40,858 nt of DNA from Ignavibacteria bacterium UBA6688 (lineage in GTDB: Bacteria > Bacteroidota > Ignavibacteria > UBA10030): NCBI GenBank assembly GCA_002454845.1, contig DKJQ01000232.1, positions 4,819 through 45,676 on the forward strand, in the 5' to 3' direction. The notes below the pieces were generated by a model. The model saw nothing but the letters and a program-made list of their open reading frames with translations, was not told the DNA's origin and searched no databases. Below, piece by piece: positions 7,373 to 16,098 of this stretch (positions are counted from its first letter, which is position 1; every line of letters starts with the position of its first letter). Made by a program: the position numbers and the translations under genes.

Positions 7373-8326
7373 TCAATGCGTTGAACCGTTCAACTTCGCG
7401 TGGACCTCGTCATGGTCCTCGCGGGTTTCAAGGTGAGTAGTGATGTAAGTCGTCATCGGAAGTCCGGCTTTGAGCACACTTTCGATTTCCGTCGCTTTCC
7501 AGTGGGCATCCGCAAGCAGGGAACCTTTTGGGAAGAGGAGATGGAATTCCATCCACACCGATGTTCCGCTCTGCCGGTATTTCAACTCGTGATAGCCTAA
7601 TCCCCTTTTCCCCGTTTCGATATCCAGAATGGAACGCAATTGGAGCTCGAGAACCGGGTCAGCTTCATCCATCAATCCCCCCACCGACTGTCTAATCAAT
7701 TTTCCCCCCGACCAGAGAATGTTCAGCGCGGCGGCGATGGCAATGATGGGGTCAAACGGTTTCCAGCCGGTCCACAACACAAGAAGCAATCCAAAAACCA
7801 CGCCCGCACTGGTCCATGAATCGGTAAGCACGTGTTTCCCGTTTGCGACCAGGATCAGGGAGCGGTTCCGCTTTCCCTGCCAGACGAGGTAGCCACCTAA
7901 CCCACCGTTAATAGCCCCCGCCGCCGCCACGAGGATTGTCCCTGTCCCCAGATTTTGAACGGGAATTCCTTCGATCCATTTGAGGATCGATTCATAGATG
8001 ATATAGAACGCCGCGAGGACGATCATCGTCCCCTCCATCCCCGCAGAAAAAAAGCTGATCTTGTCATGACCATAGGGATGGCTTTGATCGGCAGGTCTCA
8101 TACTGAACCAGAGACTGAACGCGGCGAAGGAGACCGCGAAGACGTGTACGACGGACTCGGCCGCATCGGAGAGGATCGCCGCTGATCCGGTGATGGCGTA
8201 CGCGTACGTCTTTCCCGCAAGCATCAGAAAACCGATGAGCAGGGAAAGGGTCATCGCGAACTTCTGCTGCCGGTACGATTCGTGCGTTTCCGGTTGGGAA
8301 ACAGAATGGATCAGCGGGTTTTGCAA
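7373..8326 (-). CDS. Cation diffusion facilitator (CDF) family metal efflux transporter
   Basis: 317 aa. TM1-TM2 reads AILSDAAESVVHVFAVSFAAFSLWFSMRPADQSHPYGHDKISFFSAG, and a C-terminal cytoplasmic domain is present. The start codon is TTG at 8326, preceded by AAGGAA. Confidence 0.85.
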   Translation of the reverse strand: MQNPLIHSVSQPETHESYRQQKFAMTLSLLIGFLMLAGKTYAYAITGSAAILSDAAESVVHVFAVSFAAFSLWFSMRPADQSHPYGHDKISFFSAGMEGTMIVLAAFYIIYESILKWIEGIPVQNLGTGTILVAAAGAINGGLGGYLVWQGKRNRSLILVANGKHVLTDSWTSAGVVFGLLLVLWTGWKPFDPIIAIAAALNILWSGGKLIRQSVGGLMDEADPVLELQLRSILDIETGKRGLGYHELKYRQSGTSVWMEFHLLFPKGSLLADAHWKATEIESVLKAGLPMTTYITTHLETREDHDEVHAKLNGSTH

Positions 8327-8347
8327 GGCATCATTCCTTTCACCGTG

Positions 8348-9508
8348 TCAGACCTTCAGCACCCATTTCTGCCGGTACATCACGTAGGCAATGAGATAGA
8401 GGCCGAGCATGAACGCAATCGAGTGCAGGAAGGAAGCGAGCATCGGATCCCCGAGGGGAACAAAGAATGTTTGGTAGTACCAAGTTTTGAACGAAATCTC
8501 GGCGCCGTCCGGCCCCGGCAGTTTGATAAGCATGATCAGTCGGCCGATGAAACCTGAGAGAGCGAACATCGTGATGGCATTCAGACCGTAGATCTCAAAC
8601 GGTTTGGTCCACCGCTTGTAGCCTTTCACGTCGATCACCCAGTAGCAGCATGCGAACACGACGAGGGACAACCCCGCCATGAAAACGGTGTAAGAACTCG
8701 TCCAGAGGTTTTTGTTGATCGGAAGCCAGTTGTCCATGGTCAACCCGGCGAGGATCAGGATCGAGCCCCAGAAGAACATCCATCCGGTCTTATCTTCGGT
8801 GGAACTCTGGGAGCGGACGAAATGGCCCGTCAGAATCCCGAGCATCGTTGTGGCAATTGCCGGAATCGTGCTGAAGATCCCTTCCGGATCGAACCCCGGG
8901 ACCGGCGCTCCCCTCCATGTATGTCCCGTTAACAAGGATGAGTCGACATACCACGCCAGGTTCCCCATCGGCTCGAGGATTCCGGCGCCATAGCCGGGGA
9001 CGGGCACCAACCGCACCAGGAGCCAGTAGCCGACAAGAAACATCGCTGTCCACCTGATTTGCCAGGTGATCGAAGAGAACAACAGGATCATCGCCGAGAT
9101 GAGATAGCAGAACCCGATACGTTGCAGAACGCCCGGAAACCGCATGGTTTCAAAGCTGAAGTTGTGGCCAAAGACCAGGCCAAACGGAAAGGCGTTCAGG
9201 AACAAACCGATGCCGATAATGGCTGCTGCACGCTGGAGAACGTGGAGCATCAGTTTGTTTTTGTCCGCCCCCTGTTCCATGCGCTTTGCCATGGAGAATG
9301 TCATGGCGACACCCACAATCCAGAGGAAGAAAGGAAAGACGGTATCCGTGTAGGTCCAGCCGTGCCAGGCGGCATGTTTGAACGGCGGGTAGATGTGTCC
9401 CCATGACCCCGGGTTGTTCACCAGCATCATTCCGGCAATCGTCGCACCGCGAAAGACATCGAGAGAGAGTAACCGGCCACTGGTTTTCGTAACAGAGGAT
9501 TGAGCCAT
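8348..9508 (-). CDS. HGSNAT-like / DUF5009-DUF1624 family membrane acyltransferase
   Basis: 386 aa and polytopic. The N-terminal signature is RLLSLDVFRGATIAGMMLVNNPGSWGHIYPPFKHAAWHGWTYTDTVFPFFLW. Confidence 0.75.
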   Translation of the reverse strand: MAQSSVTKTSGRLLSLDVFRGATIAGMMLVNNPGSWGHIYPPFKHAAWHGWTYTDTVFPFFLWIVGVAMTFSMAKRMEQGADKNKLMLHVLQRAAAIIGIGLFLNAFPFGLVFGHNFSFETMRFPGVLQRIGFCYLISAMILLFSSITWQIRWTAMFLVGYWLLVRLVPVPGYGAGILEPMGNLAWYVDSSLLTGHTWRGAPVPGFDPEGIFSTIPAIATTMLGILTGHFVRSQSSTEDKTGWMFFWGSILILAGLTMDNWLPINKNLWTSSYTVFMAGLSLVVFACCYWVIDVKGYKRWTKPFEIYGLNAITMFALSGFIGRLIMLIKLPGPDGAEISFKTWYYQTFFVPLGDPMLASFLHSIAFMLGLYLIAYVMYRQKWVLKV

Positions 9509-9583
9509 CGGCGTGCACCTTCCGTTCGTATGTGGAGAGGGGGAATTGTACAGGCAGGTCCCGGGGGGAGGAAGGCCCCGGAT

Positions 9584-9685
9584 CTACCCCCAGGCCGTCC
9601 CGGAACGAAGAAAAACGACCACGAACCATCCGGCGAGGAGGGAAACGACGATCAGAATGCGAAGTTGTTTATCGGTCAGTTTCAT
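9584..9685 (-). CDS. Possible 33-aa single-TM small protein (MKLTDKQLRILIVVSLLAGWFVVVFLRSGTAWG)
   Basis: Hand translation of the 231-nt gap between two minus-strand genes gives ATG at 9685 and TAG at 9584-9586. There is one hydrophobic helix and no clear Shine-Dalgarno. It is too short for the supplied ORF track. Confidence 0.2.
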   Translation of the reverse strand: MKLTDKQLRILIVVSLLAGWFVVVFLRSGTAWG

Positions 9686-9739
9686 CAAAATTTGGCAAGC
9701 GGTGAGTGAAAAGATAGAAACAAAAGGAAGGAGAAGCAA

Positions 9740-10981
9740 TCACAAGATCAAGAAAAAGAGCCAATAAACCAGCAGATTGAGGAGAGTCAACGGTATTCCG
9801 ATTTTCGCAAACTCCAGGAAGGTGATCGTTTCACGCGACTTCCGTTCGGCGTTTTGGATGACGATGATGTTGCTGGCGGCGCCGAGGATCAGCATGTTAC
9901 CCGCGATCGTGCTGCCCGCGGCGAGGGCCATCAACTCCCGCACGGTTGCCCCCGCGTGCATCAGCACCGGTTGATAGAGCGCGACCAGCGGGACATTGGA
10001 TATGCACTGACTCAGGATTGTGCTCACCGCGAGGATCATCTCAATGGACGTGATGGGGAAATCCATTCGGGCCAACACGCCTTGAAAGAAACCCGATCGC
10101 CAAACGCTCTCCATCAAGACGAACATGGCCGCGAAGAACGCCAGGGTATGCCAATCGATCCGGCGCAGGATTTCCATCCGCCTCTTGCTGCCGACCAGGA
10201 TCGGGAGCGCCCCCGCAAACGCGATCGTGGTCAGGCGGAAATCGACGTTCAGGGCGAGGACCACGTTGAGAATTTTAAGTCCAATGAAAATAAGAACGAC
10301 GTGAAGCGCCACGCGCGCCAAAAAGGCAAGGGACTTGTCACGAATCGGTTCCTGAGAATGCTTGAGCCCCGCATTGTGAAAATCCTTCGGGTAGAATCGT
10401 TTGAGCATGACATGGCAGAGACCCAGATTCAAGACGGTGGGGAGAAAGAGCCACCGGAAGAATGTAACAAACGGGCTCCCGATGTTCCCGTTCAGGGCGA
10501 TGAGCAGGTTCTGCGGATTCCCGATGGGACTCATCACGCTGCCGATGGTCACGGCGAAGCAGAGCGCCAGCAGGAGGGTCTTTGGCGGCATGCGATGCTT
10601 CTTCGCCAGCAGCAGAACCACAGGGGTCCCGACGATGGCAAGTGTGTCGTTCATGAGGAAGGCAGAAGCGAACCCTGCCCCGAATAACACCATCAGCATC
10701 AGGCCGTCGATGGTCGTCGCCCGTTTGAAGTACTTGTACGAAAGATGCGAAAGATACCCGCTCTCCTCAAGCGCCTGCCCGATCACGAACATCCCGAAGA
10801 GAAACAGCATCACGTCAAAGTTGATCGCACGCCATGCCACATCCAGGGGAATTTGGCCGGTGAGGATCACCACTACCGCACCCCCCAGCATAGCCTGCCA
10901 GATCTGGACCTTGATGTTCCCCACCTGCCTGACGGCAATCAGCAGGAACACAACGATAAGCGTCAGGACGGAAATGTTCAT
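9740..10981 (-). CDS. ArsB/NhaD-superfamily anion permease (YbiR / CitMHS-like)
   Basis: 413 aa and polytopic. It reads MNISVLTLIVVFLLIAVRQVGNIKVQIWQAMLGGAVVVILTGQI...SVMSPIGNPQNLLIAL...AAGSTIAGNMLILGAASNIIV. Confidence 0.75.
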   Translation of the reverse strand: MNISVLTLIVVFLLIAVRQVGNIKVQIWQAMLGGAVVVILTGQIPLDVAWRAINFDVMLFLFGMFVIGQALEESGYLSHLSYKYFKRATTIDGLMLMVLFGAGFASAFLMNDTLAIVGTPVVLLLAKKHRMPPKTLLLALCFAVTIGSVMSPIGNPQNLLIALNGNIGSPFVTFFRWLFLPTVLNLGLCHVMLKRFYPKDFHNAGLKHSQEPIRDKSLAFLARVALHVVLIFIGLKILNVVLALNVDFRLTTIAFAGALPILVGSKRRMEILRRIDWHTLAFFAAMFVLMESVWRSGFFQGVLARMDFPITSIEMILAVSTILSQCISNVPLVALYQPVLMHAGATVRELMALAAGSTIAGNMLILGAASNIIVIQNAERKSRETITFLEFAKIGIPLTLLNLLVYWLFFLIL

Positions 10982-11212
10982 GCGGTCATTTGGGCCAACG
11001 GTACAAGGTGTTCATCTCCACGGAATATCCTCGAACGTCAGAGCCCCGACCAAATGCTTCTTCCATTCCCCATCATCAATATGGCACTATTCCCACTCGT
11101 CCCCATGGAATGTTTCTGCCTCCAACGTGGGTCGGTTTGGAATCATTGGGGTGAAGGTGGGAACGGTTTCGGAGACCGGCCAGAGCAACCATCCGGCACC
11201 GTACGGGGGTAT

Positions 11213-12304
11213 TCAGCGAAGATCCGTTGAGAGTTTAAAGCGTACGATCCGGTCGTTGCCGGTGTCCGCGACGTAGACCGTCCCATCGAAGAAGGCAACA
11301 CCCGAAGGTTGGTTGAATTGCCTGTCGCCGTTTCCCCGGCCTCCAAAGGAATAACTTTCCACACCCCGCGAGGAAAACCGAAAGAGACTGTCTTTTTCCG
11401 CATCGATAACGAAGAGGTTTCCCGAGGGATCCAGCGTCAGCCCTTCGGGGCGGCCGAAGCGGTTGATCTGAAGGAGGCCGATATCGCCGTCCGTGGAGGG
11501 ATTGAACTTCGAAACGAATTCCGTCGTCTGTCCGATGGCAACCAGCCTGATCCATTGGACTTTGAAGAGGGGTTTATTGACTGCGTCCGGTGCATGCTCC
11601 ACTTGTGCGAAGACATACTCAAGGCTCCTGCCGGTGGGAAGTGTTGCAAGGGCCGTAAGCCGGTGGATCGAAAGCAGCCCCGTACCGTCCGGTGAAAACG
11701 TCGTTGTGATGGGGGAAATAAACCCATCGTCCTTGTCAAAAAGGAGGACCGCGTTGTCAAAGTAGGGGAAGAACCGCTTTGGACCGATACGGGCAATGGC
11801 GTACTGGTTATTATACAGCGTTGCCACGCCGGTGAAACGGCGCGTCGAGTCTGTGGGATCGAAGTACACGCGTTTGGGAGGTATGGTTCCAATTTCATGC
11901 CGATAGGCCGGCAAATCGAGACGATAGACGGCACCGAACGTCACCGGTTGAGTGTGACCGGGCAACAAGGTGTCAAATTCCGCACAGACAAGAAGCTGCA
12001 ATCGCTTGTCCTGCGCAAGGGCAACAGGACGCTTGATCCGCTGCGACGCGCCGATCACCCTGCCTGCAAGATCGAGCATCACCACGCGATCGTTTTCGGT
12101 GTCGGCGACATACGCGAAAGGTTCATTCCCGACGATGAGATCCTGCGGACGATTGAATCCGATCCAGTTGGGGTACTGCTGGATGTAGACTGTATCGCCA
12201 ATGGTGGTATTGAGATCCCCTTCGGGAAGGGAATTGATATCGAATTTCTCCACGGCACATCCCGCAAAGTATATTGCGGCAAGGAGAGCAAGAGCAATGC
12301 GCAT
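11213..12304 (-). CDS. NHL-repeat beta-propeller lipoprotein
   Basis: 363 aa with a lipoprotein signal MRIALALLAAIYFAGC. NHL-type repeats are AYVADTENDRVVML, LFVIDAEKDSLFRF and VYVADTGNDRIVRF. The start overlaps the upstream stop (TAATG). Confidence 0.75.
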   Translation of the reverse strand: MRIALALLAAIYFAGCAVEKFDINSLPEGDLNTTIGDTVYIQQYPNWIGFNRPQDLIVGNEPFAYVADTENDRVVMLDLAGRVIGASQRIKRPVALAQDKRLQLLVCAEFDTLLPGHTQPVTFGAVYRLDLPAYRHEIGTIPPKRVYFDPTDSTRRFTGVATLYNNQYAIARIGPKRFFPYFDNAVLLFDKDDGFISPITTTFSPDGTGLLSIHRLTALATLPTGRSLEYVFAQVEHAPDAVNKPLFKVQWIRLVAIGQTTEFVSKFNPSTDGDIGLLQINRFGRPEGLTLDPSGNLFVIDAEKDSLFRFSSRGVESYSFGGRGNGDRQFNQPSGVAFFDGTVYVADTGNDRIVRFKLSTDLR

Positions 12305-13290
12305 TATAACCTCACCAGCATGGAAATACGATGAACCCCACCGAGTCGTCCAAATGCCGTGTATCCGTAGTCGAGTGAAAGCGAAAGAAACTCCATTCCC
12401 GTGGCAACTCCAGCCCCGAGCGAGTAGGACTGCTCATCCGCATTGAGCCGGTATCCGCCCCGCACGGCGAAGGTCTTCGACCAAATGTATTCAAAACCCA
12501 GACTCACATTCTCGGAATTGTCATTCGGATGATTCAACTGCACGGAAGCCGTCAACGTGTTATATTCATTCTGAATCGGTTCAAAGGCGAAACCGAACTT
12601 GAACAAGGTCGGCGGGGAAAATTCCTGGAACTGCGTCACCTCCCCGCCGCCGTAGAGTTGCGCCGTACCCTCCGGTGTGACCTGGTTTCCGAAATTGGAC
12701 ATTACGGCGGAAAAGCGGGAGGAACCCAGACCGGTCCAGTAGAAGGTTCCCAGATCCACTACAACCCCTCTCATCTTCAACATATCGAGTGTCTCCTCAA
12801 AGTACCGAACCGTCGCTCCAAAACTGAACTGCGGCGTGAGCTTTTTCCCGTACGTCACCCCGACAGCCAGATCGCTGAAGCGGAAGTACGTGCCGTTCCC
12901 CGTCGGGTGCACTTCCGTCGTCACAGGCATATCGTCCGTGTGAAGCGACGTGATGGAAAGCCCGACGGCGTCCTCGGGTGTAAGATGATAGACGGCTCCC
13001 AGAAATTGATGACGAACATCCACGAGCCACTGGGTATGAGAGAGCACCGCTTCGTGCCCGCTGAACTGCGTAATGCCTGCCGGATTCCAATAGAGCGCGG
13101 ATGCGTCGTTCGCCACCGCGATAAATGTCTCCCCCATGGCTGCCGCCCGCGCCCCCACGCCGATTTTCAGAAACTGCGCGGTTGAGGTTCCGGCCCTCTG
13201 CGCCCCGAGAACCGGGATCAGCTGCGCGATCCCCTCTCCGAAGGGAACGCAAAGCAACAAAAGGATTACGGCAATTTTCATGCTCTGCAT
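12304..13290 (-). CDS. PorV/PorQ-family (FadL-fold) outer-membrane beta-barrel protein
   Basis: 328 aa with a signal peptide. The N-terminal signature is GTSTAQFLKIGVGARAAAMGETFIAVANDASALYWNPAGI. The sequence has an alternating beta-strand character. It ends in ...HRISMLVRL. Both gene junctions are 1-nt overlaps. Confidence 0.65.
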   Translation of the reverse strand: MQSMKIAVILLLLCVPFGEGIAQLIPVLGAQRAGTSTAQFLKIGVGARAAAMGETFIAVANDASALYWNPAGITQFSGHEAVLSHTQWLVDVRHQFLGAVYHLTPEDAVGLSITSLHTDDMPVTTEVHPTGNGTYFRFSDLAVGVTYGKKLTPQFSFGATVRYFEETLDMLKMRGVVVDLGTFYWTGLGSSRFSAVMSNFGNQVTPEGTAQLYGGGEVTQFQEFSPPTLFKFGFAFEPIQNEYNTLTASVQLNHPNDNSENVSLGFEYIWSKTFAVRGGYRLNADEQSYSLGAGVATGMEFLSLSLDYGYTAFGRLGGVHRISMLVRL

Positions 13291-16097
13291 CAGAACCGTA
13301 CTCCTAATCCCACCAGGACATTCCGTGGCGCAAGATAACGGGCAGGATTAAATGGATAGGGAGACACCGGCGCCTGGAGGTCGGGATATGACGGATCATT
13401 CCATGACGTGGGAGTCGGCTCTCCGAGCTCATAGGCACGACCCGTCACGGGATTCACGATCGTCGTGTTTTTGCGGTTCAGCACGTTCCGGACATTGATC
13501 GAAAGCAACCAATCGAGTCCCAGGAGTGAAAAACTCTTTTCGATATTGACATCGATCCAGAACCAATCCTGTCCTATGTCCGCGAGCCGGTTGTTCCTGT
13601 CCAGGACATAATTGGGCCTGTTGTTGGTCGTGAGGAAACCGTCCTGAACATAAGGGGTATATCGTTTTCCGGATTGAAAGAAGGTCCGGACATAGACTGA
13701 ATAGTCGTCGAGGATTCCCTGGCCGAAACCAAACAGCGGTTGATCCTTCAGAACGTTAAACGTCGTCGTGAGACTGAACTGCAAGGGTCGATCCCACGTT
13801 ACGTAGTTTTCCTTGATCGTTTCGTCCTCATCCCCCCGTGCAACGAGAAGCCCCTGGTCGGGCGAAGAGCTCTTGCCTGTGGTGATGGAGTACGAGCCGG
13901 AGACCGTTCCGCGGAACCACCGACCGATGCGCTTGCGGTATTCGAACTCGATGCCCCGGGCGCGCGCGTAATCCTGATTCACGTATGTCACAAAATTTCC
14001 GGTTGACAGGCGGGAGGTTGTAATCCGGGCCTGCCGTGTCGACACATAATCGAAAATATCCTTGTAGTACGCCGTAACGGTGAGGACATCATCGCTCGAG
14101 AACTGGGTTTGCAGTCCCAGTTCGTACGCGACGGTTGTTTCCGGATCAAGATCCGGGTTTCCGAATTTCTGAAAGGTCGATTGTGCAGTGGCCGGATCCA
14201 GCTTTGCATAGATGAATTGCGGTTTCGGCCGCTTGGAGAAATGGCCATACGAAAAAAAGAGCATCTGGTTTTCGGAAACAGGATGCGAGATGCCCACCCG
14301 CGGACTGAGCCGTCCTTTTCCCCTCAGTCCGAACATTGAAAAGGTTTTCCGGTGATAGTCTTCCCTGATCTTATCGGGGATTGTCGTCACATCGGGGTTG
14401 TTGACCGCATCGTCCACGTATTTTCCGGGGAACCAATAGTCGAAGCGAAGGCCGACGTTCAGGATCATGCCGCTGACGGTAATATTGTCCTGCGCATACA
14501 GCGCGCCAAATCCGGGGGACACTTGATAGATGTCGTTATTCAAACCAAGCACACCCACCCATGGTTGGTAAATATCGACATTTTGCATCTCCTGGAACGT
14601 TGCCTCCATGCCCGCCTTGAACTTGTTGTATTCGGAAAAATGTTTTGTGAGGTCGAACTTGACCGTATTCTCGGTAACGAAATGGTCGTGCCATGTGAAT
14701 CCATTTCCGTAGTCCCATAACCCGTCACCGGGAATGATGCCGACCGTGTCGCGGTCCAGGTTGTAGTACTGGACCGGAAATGTGACGATGTCCTTCGGTT
14801 CACGATATTCCGAGAAATGTTTCCCGTTGGCATCCGCCCGCATGCTCACGAAATAGTGCGTGAACTTGAGCTCGTAGAACAACGAGTTTGACAGGGTATG
14901 AGTGATTCCCATACTGAAGAATTGATTGTCATGCGTGTAGGTGTTGGCATCGTCCAGAATGTTTCCATATTCATACTGATACCCGGGGCTCGGTTCGACG
15001 TACTCGAGGTTTGTCTGGAGCGATTGTGAATTCTGATTGATCGCGACGGAGTGGTTGTAGGAGAAACTCACGCGGAACAGAGACGATGGACGCCACGTCA
15101 GTTTTCCCAGGAGCAACCAGTTGTTTTCCTGCTTCGGGGCGAATCTGCTTCCATGGAAGGTCGACGAAACGAGCTGGCGCGCGGCTTTCTTCGTGTACCC
15201 GTCGGAGAACGCTCCGACGAGACTTGTAAAGAACGTAACCGACCCGAGGTCCTTGCTGATGAGAGGAAACAAGAGGCCGCTTATCGGCTCGGGTCCGCTC
15301 AAGGTAAACTCGTAAGATTCCGAGTTGAAACTATTGAGGAAGCCCTTCGATCCGCCAGGTTTGTCCGTCCTGTACACCAGCCCCCCCCGGTAACGCTCCC
15401 CCCCTTCCTTGAGGGACACGTTGACGACACCCGAGGTTGCCTGACCGTACTCTGCATTGTACCCCCCGGTGATAACCTCAATCTCTTCAACCACATCGGC
15501 GCTCAACTGCAGACCGAACCCTGTTCCCGCCAACGGATCCTGGACCGACACTCCATCCAGCAGGTATGCATTTTCATGAGAGCGTCCTCCCCGGATGTGA
15601 ACTTCGTTGTCGGTTTGTACCACACCGACTTGTTGCGTCACCACGTCCTTCACATTCGCGACGGGAGTGGCACGGAGATCCTCGGCGGTCACTGAACGGC
15701 GACTCGAGGTCTCGTCGAGGTTGAAGAGCGGTTTCTCTCCCACCACCACAACCTCCTGTCCAAGCGAGAGTACCGTTTCTGCCATATCCTGGTTGACAAT
15801 TGTTTCCTGCCCGGCAATGACTTTGACATCCGTCCTCTGAACGGTCGTGTATCCAAGGATGGTGAATTCCAGCGTGTAGCTTCCCGGAGCCATGTTGGCA
15901 ATGACGTAATTGCCATCCAGGTCGGCTGCCGCGCCGTAATAGGTTCCCTTGATCTTGACATTGACCAACGGAAGTCCCTCTTTGGTCCCCGCGTCTCTGA
16001 TTGCTCCGCGAATTACCCCCCTCTCCTGCGACAGCGCGGGTGAATCCCAAACGATCACCAGGGTAATCGCCATCAGGAGAAAACGTGGCAGAGTCAT
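13290..16097 (-). CDS. TonB-dependent receptor with N-terminal carboxypeptidase-regulatory-like domain (SusC-like architecture)
   Basis: The ORF track extends to 16169. I prefer the ATG at 16097 (MTLPRFLLMAITLVIVWDSPALSQE), which directly follows the upstream stop (TAGTATG). The CarboxypepD_reg-like segment is GVIRGAIRDAGTKEGLPLVNVKIKGTYYGAAADLDGNYVIANMAPGSYTLEF. The plug region reads HIRGGRSHENAYLLDGVSVQDP...EVITGGYNAEYGQATSGVVNV. The C-terminus is VGLGVRF. Confidence 0.85.
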   Translation of the reverse strand: MTLPRFLLMAITLVIVWDSPALSQERGVIRGAIRDAGTKEGLPLVNVKIKGTYYGAAADLDGNYVIANMAPGSYTLEFTILGYTTVQRTDVKVIAGQETIVNQDMAETVLSLGQEVVVVGEKPLFNLDETSSRRSVTAEDLRATPVANVKDVVTQQVGVVQTDNEVHIRGGRSHENAYLLDGVSVQDPLAGTGFGLQLSADVVEEIEVITGGYNAEYGQATSGVVNVSLKEGGERYRGGLVYRTDKPGGSKGFLNSFNSESYEFTLSGPEPISGLLFPLISKDLGSVTFFTSLVGAFSDGYTKKAARQLVSSTFHGSRFAPKQENNWLLLGKLTWRPSSLFRVSFSYNHSVAINQNSQSLQTNLEYVEPSPGYQYEYGNILDDANTYTHDNQFFSMGITHTLSNSLFYELKFTHYFVSMRADANGKHFSEYREPKDIVTFPVQYYNLDRDTVGIIPGDGLWDYGNGFTWHDHFVTENTVKFDLTKHFSEYNKFKAGMEATFQEMQNVDIYQPWVGVLGLNNDIYQVSPGFGALYAQDNITVSGMILNVGLRFDYWFPGKYVDDAVNNPDVTTIPDKIREDYHRKTFSMFGLRGKGRLSPRVGISHPVSENQMLFFSYGHFSKRPKPQFIYAKLDPATAQSTFQKFGNPDLDPETTVAYELGLQTQFSSDDVLTVTAYYKDIFDYVSTRQARITTSRLSTGNFVTYVNQDYARARGIEFEYRKRIGRWFRGTVSGSYSITTGKSSSPDQGLLVARGDEDETIKENYVTWDRPLQFSLTTTFNVLKDQPLFGFGQGILDDYSVYVRTFFQSGKRYTPYVQDGFLTTNNRPNYVLDRNNRLADIGQDWFWIDVNIEKSFSLLGLDWLLSINVRNVLNRKNTTIVNPVTGRAYELGEPTPTSWNDPSYPDLQAPVSPYPFNPARYLAPRNVLVGLGVRF

Positions 16098-16098
16098 A

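Noticed and set aside
9560-9580. CCGGGG-N9-CCCCGG hairpin as the terminator of the permease gene
   Set aside because: No U-tract follows it on the minus strand, and it lies 160 nt from the permease stop. It is mentioned only in connection with the small-ORF hypothesis.
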